Positions 40,271-50,850 of a DNA stretch of 64,000 bases are shown here, piece by piece. Source of the DNA: Microthyrium microscopicum (lineage: Eukaryota). The position numbers and the translations under genes are program-made. Position 1 is the first letter of the stretch. Each line of letters begins with the position of its first letter. The stretch covers positions 1,990,070 to 2,054,069 of the forward strand of contig MU004236.1 in the NCBI GenBank assembly GCA_010405405.1. Direction: 5' to 3'. The notes under the pieces are model-generated. The model was not told the origin of the DNA and did no database searches. It saw nothing but the letters and a program-made list of their open reading frames with translations.

Positions 40271-41182
40271 GTATAGCTTATACTATACTTAAGTAAATTT
40301 ATTATAGCTAGAGCTACGTATAATAGAATATAAATAATGCTTACTAGTAACTTTCTATATATCTAGATATATCTAGACATGTTTAGATATGTCTAGATAT
40401 TAGTATCTAGATATGTCTAGCACTTAGATAAAGTAGTTACGATCTTTAGGTAGAAGATGTAATTTTTAGGAAAAGGGATTAAAGATTACTATATAACTAG
40501 CTACTAAGGCGTAATAGCCTTTTCTAATTAGTTAAGATATTGCTATTTTTATATCTTACGCTTTAAGTAAGCTATGCATCGCCTTTATAGTCTATCCTTC
40601 TTAAACGTTCTAATTAGCCTTTAATATTATTATTCTAGTCCTAACGGGTTATAAGCAGGATATACGACTAGGCTTTTATCTCTTAGACCTAATAGAAAGA
40701 TATATCTCTTATATTCATTATAGCCAACTAAGGAGGTATTTAAGGACTTAGTAGTTACTACTATAAGTAGTTACTAAGGAGTAATAACCTTTTCTTTCTA
40801 GTTAAGATAGCGCTATTCCTATATTTTACGCCCTATTAAGCAAGCTATGTATTACCTTTATAGTCGAATTGAGTAATTACGTTAATAAATGCGTCTATAC
40901 TCCTAACTAGTTAAAGAAATAGCTAAAGATTATCTTAAGCTCTATTTACGGGTAGGTAGATTAGATGCTTAGAGTAATAATAGTTGTTTAGGGGTCGTTA
41001 CTACGTATAGGAACGTCGCTTACTAGTAACCTCTATTATATCTAAATATATTTAGTACTTAGATAAAGTAGTAACGATATTAAGAGCAGGTAAGGCAAGG
41101 TAAGGTAATAGTACCTTTAGCAGTATATTAGTTAACTATAATAATAAGAGTAATAGTAAGTAGTATATAAATTAAGCTAAGT

Positions 41183-41400
41183 CTATGCATAATGCTTCTT
41201 ATTGTCGCAAAGCGCCACTATATCCGCTTTTATCCCACTAGTTTTTAGGACGTAGACCATAATAGTAACTGTCGCCCTAGCACCGTTGTTAATCGTGGTA
41301 TTACTAATGCTCGTACCTAGGACTTCTATCTCTAACTCTATTCTACGCTTTAAGGCACTACTTATCCTATATACTATATAATCCTCTATAATAAGGTCCT
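41183..41400 (+). pseudogene. Argonaute PIWI-domain fragment (QDE-2-like), RIP-mutated
   Basis: Direct translation LCIMLLIVAKRHYIRFYPTSF*DVDHNSNCRPSTVVNRGITNART*DFYL*LYSTL*GTTYPIYYIILYNKV matches the Ago consensus PRITLIIVGKRHHTRFYP..D..GN..PGTVVDRG.T....WDFFLQ.H..LQGTARP.HY.VL.DE. Confidence 0.92.
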
Positions 41401-41543
41401 ATATGCTCACTATATTAAGGGTAAGATATTACTCCTATTAAGCTATAAGTAGCCTAATTATTATTTTAATCGTATAGTGCTACTTATCTCTTTACGTAAC
41501 TAGCAAAGTTAGAGATTTATCTACTATTCCTAGTCTAATAGAG

Positions 41544-42962
41544 ATTAATGTTAAAGACTAATTATAGTATATTAAAGAAGTCTTTCCTACCCTATGCTAC
41601 TCAAAAAGTATTATTAACTTCTTTCTTTCTTGAATTATCTTTCCTATAGGAATAAGAGAGTTTCCTTTGAAAATTTCTATATTTAGTACTATTATATAGC
41701 TATTAAACTAGGTAAGAATACTTAAGCGATACGATAGAGGAAAAACTACCTTAAGCTCTATTTATAGGTAGGTAGATTAGATGCTTAAAGTAATAACTAG
41801 CGTCTATAGTAGTAAATCTATTTAGCGTATCTAATTGCGTCTATAGTATACTCTGAAAATTCTATACGAAGCCTTACAACCTTTAATACTATATATTATC
41901 TAAGGGTCGTTACTACGTATAGGAACGTTACTTACTAGTAACCTTTATTGTATCTAAACATGTCTAATACCTAGATAAAGTAGTAATAATATTAAGAGTA
42001 GGTAAGGTAATAGTACCTTTAGCGGTGTATTAGTTGACTATAATAATAAGAGTAATAATAAGTAGTATATAAATTAAGCTAGAAGTAGTCTAGTTATCGT
42101 TTTAATCATATAGTGTTACTTACTCCTTTACGTAATTAGTAAAGTTAGAGATTTATTTACTATTCCTAATCTAATAGAGATTAATATTAAAAACTAGTTA
42201 TAGTATACTAAAGAAGTCTTTCCTACCTTACGCTACTTAAAGGGCGCTATTAACTTCTTTCTTTCTTAAATTATCTTTCCCGTAGGAATAAGAGAGTTTC
42301 TTTCGAAAATTTCTATATCTAGTACTATTATATAGCCGTTAAACTAGGTAAGAATACTTAAGTAATATGATAGAGAAAGAACTACCTTAAGCTTTATCTA
42401 TAGGTAAGTAAATTAGATACTTAGAGTAATAACTAGCGCCTATAGTAGTAAATCTATTTAGCGTATCTAATTACGCCTATAGTATACTCTAAAAATTCTA
42501 TACGAAGCCTTACGACCCTTAATACTATATATCGTCTAAGGGTCGTTACTACGTATAAAAACGTTGCTTACTAGCAACCTCTATTATATTTAGATATATC
42601 TAGCACCTAGATAAAGTAGTAACGATATTAAGAACAGGCAAGGCAATAGCACCTTTAGTAGTATATTAGTTAACTATAATAATAAAAGTAATAGTAAGTA
42701 GTATATAAATTAAGCTAGAAATAGCCTAGTTGTTATTTTAATCGTATAGTGCTACTTACCCTTTTATATAATTAGTAGAGTTAGAGATTCATCTACTATT
42801 CTTAATCTAATAGAGATTAATATTAAAAACTAGTTATAGTATACTAAAGAAGTTTTTCCTACCCTACGCTACTTAAAGGGCGTTATTAATTTCTTTCTTT
42901 CTTAAATTATCTTTCCTATAGGAATAAGAGAGTTTTCTTCAAAAATTTCTATATTTAGTACT
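41544..42962 (+). pseudogene. Three copies (starting 41544, 42180, 42816; ~145 bp each) of a fragment of a DUF3638/DUF3645-family large fungal protein
   Basis: Consensus of the copies reads INVKD.LQ.TEEVFP.LRYSKGAINFFLSRIIFPVG.REFP.KIS.SS, matching the family motif as I recall it: GINLKD..QC...VFP.LRY.K..IDYFL..IVFPKEMKEFP.KLSASG. Confidence 0.7.
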
Positions 42963-45900
42963 ATTATACGGTCCGTTAAGCTAGACTTAAGGGGCTTCTA
43001 GTAGCGTTCCTAACTTTAGCAGTTTATATACGTATTAGATTTAAAGTCTAAAGAATTCACTAAGTAGAATATATTTCTAACACGATCCTACTTAACGACA
43101 AGAAGAAATATTTAACATACTATAAGCCTCTATAAATGCCTTTAATAAGCCGTTAAACTAGGTAAGGATGCTTAAGTAATGTAGTAAAAAAAGAACTACC
43201 TTAAGCTCTATCTACGGATAGGTAGATTAAATACTTAGAGTAATAATAGTTATCTAGAGGTCATTACTACATATAAGAACGTCGTTTACTAGCAACCTCT
43301 ATTATATCTAGACATATCTAGCACCTAGATAAAATAGTAATAATATTAAGAGTAGGTAAGGTAACAGCATCTTTAGCAGTATATTAGTTAATTATAATAA
43401 TAAGAGTAATAATAAATAGTATATAAATTAAGCTAAAAGCAGCCTAGTTGTTATTTTAATCGTATAATACTACTTACTTCTTTGCGTAACTAGCAGAGTT
43501 AGAGATTTATCTACTATTCCTAGTTTAATAGAGGTACTATTATATAGCCGTTAAACTAGGTAAGGATACTTAAGCAATATAGTAGAGGTATTAAGCAAAT
43601 AAATGTTTCCTTAGTCGTTTTAGTAGCGTCCTATACGAGCTCTTCTTCTAAGACAACGAAAGGGGTTCCCTTATAATAAATATAGTTAAAGAACGCTGTG
43701 CAAAGCTAGGGTCGTATTTAAGAACTTAGTAGTTACTAAAGTAGTTATTAAGGAGTAATAATCTTTCCTTCCTAGTTAAGATAGCGCTATTCCTATATCT
43801 TACGCCCTACTAAGTGAGCAGTGTATTGCCTTTATAGTCAAATTAAGCGATTATGTTAATGAATGCGTCTATACTCCTAACTAGTTAAAGAAATAGCTAA
43901 GGACTACCTTAAGCTCTGTCTGTAGGTAGGTAGATTAAATGCTTAGAGTAATAATAGTCGTCTAGGGGTCGTTACTACGTATAGGAACGTTGCTTACTAG
44001 TAACCTTTATTATATTTAGATATATCTAGCACCTAAATAAAGTAGTAACGATGTTGAGAGTAGGCAAGGCAATAGTACCTTTAGCGGTATATTAGTTAAT
44101 TATAATAATAAGAGTAATAGTAAATAGTATATAAATTAAGCTAAAAGTAGCCTAATTATCATTTTAATTATATAGTACTACTTGCCCCTTTACGCAACTA
44201 GCGGAGTTAGAGATTTATCTACTATTCCTAGTCTAATGGAGGTACTATTACACAGCTATCAAACTAAATAAGGATACTTAAGCAATGCGGTAGAGGCATT
44301 AAGTAGGCAAATGTTTCCTTAGTCGTTTTAGTAGCGTCCTGTACGAGCTCTTCTTCTAAGATAACGAAAAGGGTTCCCTTATAATAGATATAGTCAAAGA
44401 ATACTGTACAAAGCTAAGGTCGTATTTAAGGACTTAGTAGTTACTAAAGTAGTTACTAAGAAGTAATAACCTTTCCTTCCTAGTTAAGATAGCGCTATTC
44501 CTATATTTTACGCCTTACTAAGCGAGCAGTACATCGCCTTTATAGTTGAATTAAGCGATTACGTTAATAAATACGTCTATACTTCTAACTAGTTAAAGAA
44601 GTAGCTAAGGACTACTTTAAGCTCTATCTATAGGTAGGTAGATTAGATACTTAGAGTAATAACAATCGTCTAAGAGTCGTTACTACGTATAAGAACGTCG
44701 CTTACTAGCAACCTCTATTATATCTAGATATATCTAACACCTAGATAAAGTAGTAACGATATTAAGAGCAGGTAAGGTAATAGTACCTTTAGTAGTATAT
44801 TAGTTAACTATAATAATAAGAGTAATAGTAAATAGACTAGATTTTTTTAAATGTTTCCTTAGATATTTTAGTAGCGTCCTATATAGGCTCTTCTTCTAGG
44901 ATAAAAAAAGGGGTTCCCTTATAATAGACGTAGTTAAAGAACGCCATGCAAAGCTAGGGTTAAGGGTTTAGCATCTTTATAATTCTCGTATTAGTAAGGA
45001 CTTAGCAATCTAATAAACATTATTGAGAAAAGTAGCTATCCTTAAGTTAATAAGAGCATACTAATTATTAAGGTAGGAAAGCCTATATCGTAATAATAGG
45101 TGTTTTCCTAATCTAAGGCTAATAAATAAATTAAGTAATAGAGAAGCTTCTATAAAGAAGAGTAGAACATCTAATAATATTAGAGTTATTAACCTACTAA
45201 CGTACTAAAAATAGTTTAATTATAGTACTATAAGAGATTCTTATAAGCTAGGTACTAGTTTTAGTAATAAAGTAATTAAAGAATTTTAAGACTTTAAAGC
45301 GTCTATTAGTAAGTAATGCTTCTAGAATATATATTAGCTAATTACTAACAAATTTCGTATACCTATAGGTTATACCTTCTAAGTTAAGAACTATAAAAAT
45401 TAGTTTATTAACTAAAGTAGTTAAAGAGTCTATATATTCTATACTCTTTACTACTAAATCTATCTCTTATTAACTTTGCTTTCCTTTTAAGTATTTAGCG
45501 TACGCTTTTATAAAGTTAAAGTACGAAACTAAGTAATCGCGTTAATAAATACGTCTATACTCCTAACTTATTAAAGAAGTAGCTAAGGATTACCTTAACT
45601 TCGTTTATAAGTAAGTAGATTAGATGCTTAGAGTAATTATTTATAGTGACGATAATTGCGTTTGCCTTAACTTTAATATAATTAAGATTATTCAAACACT
45701 AGACTTATTTTTAGTATCGTTGCCTAAAGCTTTAGCGACGAGATTATAGCCTTTAAATATTCCTATAGTAAGTATAATAGTTAGTACTTTAAAAGTTTAG
45801 GTAAGTAATGGCGAAGGACGACTTAGTAATTAGACGGCTTCCTAACGTCCTTAGCCTAACTAGCTTTTATAAGCGTGTAAAGAAATTATAGCTATTAAGT

Positions 45901-46015
45901 ATACTCTTAAGAATGAGAAAACAAGCTCCTACTAAAATATCTAAGCTCTTATTATAGATACGGCAAAGCTAAGATAGCTAATTATTAATAGATTACTAAA
46001 TAAGGATAATAATCT

Positions 46016-46737
46016 ATAGATAGTAGGTAGTTGTAGCTTATGCTAAATACGGAAACTTTATATTAGTTCCCTAAGTATAGGATTAGGATTAGGTAGTAAC
46101 TTCTTATTAAAGAAGCAGTTATTATTAACGTTAGCTAAGCTATATATACCCTTCGCTCGTATAACTACCTAGCTAGCTTTATTCTTTCGCTCTTTTAGAT
46201 AGGTTAGTTTTATGTAAATACGAAATAAGAACTAAGCTAATCCGTATATATTAACAGTACCGTAATTACCTTAATAGGATATTATAAGCTTAGGTAATAG
46301 CCTATTAGGGTAGAAAGCTGCTCTACTAACGTTAATATTAACTAATATATAGGAAATCGTAAGTTAAGTACTAGTATAGATAGTAAGTAGTTGTAGCTTA
46401 TACTAAATATAGAAACTTTACGTTAGTTCCCTAAGTATAAGATTAGGATTAGGTAATAACTTCTTATTAGAGGAGTAGCTATTATTAATGTTAGCTAAGC
46501 TATATATACCCTTTACTTATATAACTATCTAGCTAATTTTATTCTTTCGCTTTTTTAGATAGGTTAGTTTTACGCGAATATGAAATAAGAACTAAGCTAA
46601 TCTATATATATTAATAATACTATAATTACCCTAATAGGATATTATGAGCTTAAGTAGTAGCCTACTAAGATAGAAAGCTACCTTACTAACGTTAATATTA
46701 ACTAATATATAGGAAATTATAAGTTAAGTACTAGTGT
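46016..46737. repeat. 360-bp tandem duplication (2 copies) containing Argonaute L1-PAZ sequence
   Basis: 46021 'tagtaggtagttgtagctta' and 46381 'tagtaagtagttgtagctta' are colinear for 360 bp. Confidence 0.92.
46118..46375 (-). pseudogene. Argonaute L1/PAZ fragment, duplicated copy
   Basis: LVNINVSRAAFYPNRLLPKLIISY..YGLA*FLFRIYIKLTYLKERKNKAS*VVIRAKGIYSLANVN corresponds to ILVNVNVS.AAFY..GPL..LM..L..FL.R.RV..THLKE.KNKAG....R.K.I.GLA..ND. Confidence 0.85.
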
Positions 46738-46950
46738 AGTATCCTTAGAGAGCTAATAAGCTGCTATTAAGATAAAGCTATTATAGATTAGCTCTAATAA
46801 ATGGAAAGACTTTTCGTAGTCTAATTGTAGCTACGTTTGTATTAGATTAGTAAAAGTGGTTAAAGAATATATTAAGAGATTAAAAAAGGGTTAGCTAATT
46901 ATTATAGCTAGCGTTAGATGCTATCTTAATTAATATAAACTAAATAGCTA
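46478..46950 (-). pseudogene. Argonaute N/L1/PAZ fragment (~470 bp), RIP-mutated
   Basis: F*SLNIFFNHF..NVATIRLRKVFP..LNSSLLAL*GYYTST*LIISYILVNINVS corresponds to QALNIF.NH..ATIG..K.FP..LGGGL.ALRGY..S.RLAT.RILVNVNVS, and continues into the PAZ start. Confidence 0.88.
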
Positions 46951-48208
46951 CTAAGATATTTATTATAGGGAGTAGTAACTAAAGGTAATTTCTTAGCTCT
47001 TTATAACTTTACTATAATTTGCTAGCCTAATAAAGAATTCTTCTAAGATGAGCTATTTACTTTTCTTTTATAATATAATATAGAGTTAGTTAAATACTTT
47101 ACTTAGTTTACCTAGAAGAGATTATCTTATTAGTAAGTGCTTTCTAGTATTAAGAATCTATATTCTTAATTACTCTACTAAGTTAACTATAATCTAGGAA
47201 TAGTAAACTTACTTAATTAACTTCTAATCTAGGAAGGTATACTTAAAATGCCTCTTTCTATCTATTAGTAATAAATATATTACTAAATTATTTAATATCT
47301 ATAACTTTAATAGTATAAAAGTTATATAGCTATGCTAAATATCTATATATATATTATCTATATGCTATATATAACTAAAACTACTTATTAAGTATATATA
47401 GGTAAAAAATAGTACCTACTTATATAAAACTATATAGTTATTTCTATATCTTAATAAATATAAGCCTATAGAAAGCGGTCTTACTATATATAATAGTATA
47501 ATATTAATTAAATAGTAAATAGGATAGAGCTTTATAACTTTTTTATGCTCTTATAGTAAATAGGTATATAAATATATATAGTCTATTGCTAATTTAAAAA
47601 GATAAGAGTTACTTAGAACTTTATTTATTATGTTTATTATAAAGAAAGAGACTATAAAGTAAGTATACGTTTTACGTAATTAATTTAAAGAAACTAAGTA
47701 AGTATAGAAAATAGAGTAAAGAAGAGAAATAAGCTACCTACGCTTAGCTATTAATTTTTCTTATCTTCTATATAAAGAATGTCTATAATATAAAAAAATA
47801 GAGTTTCTTTTACTTTATATATAAGGTTTAAAGTCTTAAGTAGCTATAAGGAAATATACTTTTTTAAGTATAGTAGTGCTTTAGTATTGCGCTATATAAA
47901 AGCTATTAAAATAACTTTAATAAGCGCTTTCCTTATACTTAAGCTAAGTAGAAAGTAGAATAAAAAGAGAAAGAGGAGGTTAAATTAAGTTAAAGCTAAA
48001 GAAAAGATTTAGGAAGAGTACTATCTTAACTAAGAAGGAAAGGTTATTATGCCTTAGTAATTGCTTTAGTAACTACTAAATCTTTAGATATTTACTATTC
48101 TAATATAGTTAAAAATAATTTTTGCTTAGGGTTTATCTCCTTATTACTTTAACTTCTATATTCTTTAACTTAATAAGCCCTTTATGTCTTATTGTAGTAA
48201 TTATAGTA

Positions 48209-48785
48209 GCTATAGAGGTAAATTTTATGGTGGTTAAGGTGGAGGTAGGTTTAATAGAGAAGGAGGTGGTGGCTATAAAGGCGAATTCTATAGCGGTTAA
48301 GGCAGAGGTAGGTTTAATAGAGAAAGAGGTAGTAGCCATAGAGGTAAATTCTATAGTAGTTAAGGTGGAGGTAGGTTTAATAGAGAAGGAGGCAGTGGCT
48401 ATAGAGGCAAATTTTATGTTAATTGATGTGGAAATAGGTTTAATAGAGAAGGAGATAGTGGTCGTTATTATTATTAATTATACTTCTTCTAGTATCTGCT
48501 TAATAGCTTTAATAATAGCCTAGTTATATCTTTTATTTCTATCTTTTTTCTTCTTACTACTTCTAAACTCTAATATAACTCTACTACTTTACTTATAAAG
48601 CTAACTAAAATATTAGAGGTCTTAGGATATATAGAATATATAGTAGAGGCGAATTCTATAGTAGTTAAAGTGATAATAGAGAAGGAGGTAGTAGTAGTAA
48701 AGGTAAGTTCTATAGTAGTTAAGGTAGAGATATAGAAGGGCTAAGGTAGTAGCTATAGAGGTAACTTTTATAGTAGTAAAAGTAG
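48209..48785 (+). repeat. 63-bp tandem repeat (4 full copies plus later partial copies); RIP relic of an RGG/Gly-rich coding repeat
   Basis: Units start at 48209, 48272, 48335 and 48398. Reversing RIP gives GGC CGT GGA GGC GAA TTC CGT GGC GGT CGA GGC GGA GGT GGG TTT GAT GGA GAA GGA GGT GGT = GRGGEFRGGRGGGGFDGEGGG. Confidence 0.75.
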
Positions 48786-49713
48786 AGTAGTATATTAAGT
48801 ATTATTATAATATCTCTAACTTTTCCTTATATAAAGTAGACCTTATAGAGAATAAAGGATGCTAAGTAGTAAATACTTAAAGTACTTTTTTAGACGTTCC
48901 TAGACTTCTAAGGTGCTTTAAAAGCGCAAGTAAGGAAAGGTAATGTAGCTATATATAGTAGTAATAGCCTCTAGATATAGTGTTTTTTAGGGAAGCTAAG
49001 TAGTAGTAGCTTTCCTTTATAATAATATATATTAAGTTAAAAGTATTACTTCTATGCTAGATATAGTTCCTATGCTAATAAAGAAGTTTAGTAGTTTAAT
49101 ATTATTATAATTACTATCTTAGATAGGTTGGTTAGAATATAGGTAGTAAAGCTAGTTAAAGTTAGTTGTAAAGCCTTACTTAAGTATTTTAAAGAGTAAT
49201 AGTGTTGTTATTAACTTTATAAACTCTAACTTCATGTTTTGGTAGTATAGGTTTATTATAGGATAATATAAGCTAAATAAATAAGGTAAGCGCGTAATTG
49301 CTTTAGTTAAGGGCACTCTTTAGTGGTATATTAATTGTCTATAATAATAAGAGTAATAGTAAAGGACTAGTTTTTAGGCAGTAGGCTTAAGATGAGGGCA
49401 ATCTGTTTAGAAATAACTAAGACTAATAAGTGCGTAAATAATAGCGTAAGTAATGATAAATATTAAGGTAAAGTATAATAAGCGTTAAGTTAATCTCTAT
49501 CGCTATTAAGAATGGTTACGTATTTAAAATCCTCTTTAATATTCTGCTTAATAGTTTAAAAATAGTAGTCCTATTACTAGATACATAATTACCTACTTTA
49601 AGAACCTTATTTAGTATTTATAATTTTTTATAATATATATATCCTATTAGCGTATAACTAAAGTCTTAACCCTTATAATAAATAGCGAGCTACTCTTATA
49701 TAAATATTAAGAG

Positions 49714-49998
49714 GTAATAGTTACCTTTATAGCTAGCATCTTAGAGGCTAGTAAAATAGAAACTATAAGGGCATTTAGCTATAATAATAAGTGTTATACA
49801 TAGAAGGCTTATAGTAGTATTATTAATAGGATAGAGCCCTTTGTATAGTTTGTGGAGTTAAGGAAGTTTGGTATTAAGGGCTATTTCGTATTATTCTTCT
49901 AATATACTATCCTAGTAGGTAATAACGTTAGTAAGGTATCTTTTATGCTTAGAATACTAAAGTATAAGATATTGCTTAGATAGAGTAGTTAGCCTAGT
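49714..49998 (-). pseudogene. Argonaute PIWI fragment including the YRDGVSE catalytic-motif region, RIP-mutated
   Basis: LIL*YSKHKRYLTNVITY*DSILEE*YEIALNTKLP*LHKLYKGLYP..SLLCITLIIIAK corresponds to L.LW..KH..YP.N.I.YRDGVSE.QY..L..ELP.LRK.C..LYP..LPRITLIIV.KR. Confidence 0.88.
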
Positions 49999-50448
49999 TT
50001 TAATTTTATCCTTAACTTTAGAAATTGCTTTAGTAATATAGGTTCGTAATGAGAGTAACTACGTAGTAAGTATAAGATAAAGTAGATATAAGATAATAGT
50101 CGTTTATATACTAATCTATTTTATAAGTAAATATAGGTTTATATATACTTAAAAGTCTAAGAATGTCTATAAAGACTTAATTTAAACTACTAAAGCTGAC
50201 TTTAGTATGTTCTATAGTATAATAAGCTATAGTATAAATATATAACGTTCTGTAAATTAGATTTATAAAGTACATAGTAGTAGTGCTTATTATAATACTG
50301 CTAAGCTCCTAAATAATAGATAAAGATATTAGAGTAGTGACTTTAGAGTAAAATTCTGTTATTTATATAAATTACTATTATTACTAATAAGTCTTTTGCT
50401 TTTTATTTAATATGCCGTTTCTCTTCTATAAGATCTTATTAGAGAAAA

Positions 50449-50850
50449 TATTATATTAATACTGTTTTATTATTAATGTAATGCCGCCTTAAGTATTATA
50501 AGTTGTTGCTTAAACTCGTTTATAGAGGGGAAGGAATCTATACTTTAGTAATATGCTGCTACGCGTTATTATTATTATTGTTATTATATAATTAGTATAT
50601 ACTTGTAGTATAATGCTTATAAAAATATTATTAAAGTAATATAATAATGTTTACCTTAGTGCTAGCGCTGTAATTGCTCTTCTATAGTACTATCCTAAGG
50701 CCGTTCTGCTTTTATAGTAATTATATGTCGACTTTCTAAAAAATAATATTGCGTTAATGCTGTTTTATTGTTAATATAATGCCGCCTTAAGTTCTACAAA
50801 TCGTTGCTTAAACTTATTTAAAGATAGAGAGGAGCCTATACTTTAATAGT
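50449..50850. repeat. Diverged ~100-bp direct repeat (starting ~50449 and ~50748)
   Basis: '..ttaatactgttttattattaatgtaatgccgccttaagt..ttgcttaaact..ctatacttta' occurs twice, ~299 bp apart. Confidence 0.7.

Larger units (their letters stand above)
40440..44960. repeat. Composite tandem array of ~6 modular units (period ~640-910 bp) built from shuffled blocks
   Basis: Block 'gggtcgttactacgtataggaacg...' recurs at ~40992, 41903, 42540, 43258, 43966 and 44674. Block 'ttaagctctat..ggtaggtagattagatgcttagag' recurs at ~40935, 41751, 42387, 43201, 43909, 44617 and 45594. Intervening blocks differ between units. Confidence 0.9.

Noticed and set aside
39774..44960. CRISPR-like repeat/spacer array
   Set aside because: Eukaryotic context, long units (110 bp and 640-910 bp), no short constant repeat with unique spacers, and no cas genes.
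48122..48523. 133-aa ORF (and antisense 68-aa ORF) as a real membrane or repeat protein
   Set aside because: Starts at TTG and lies in RIP'd DNA. It is an off-frame reading of a degenerate Gly/Arg-rich 63-bp repeat.
46118..49998. One intact minus-strand Argonaute pseudogene
   Set aside because: On the minus strand the PIWI piece precedes L1/PAZ (wrong order). I found no MID or DVTHP region, and unrelated sequence intervenes.
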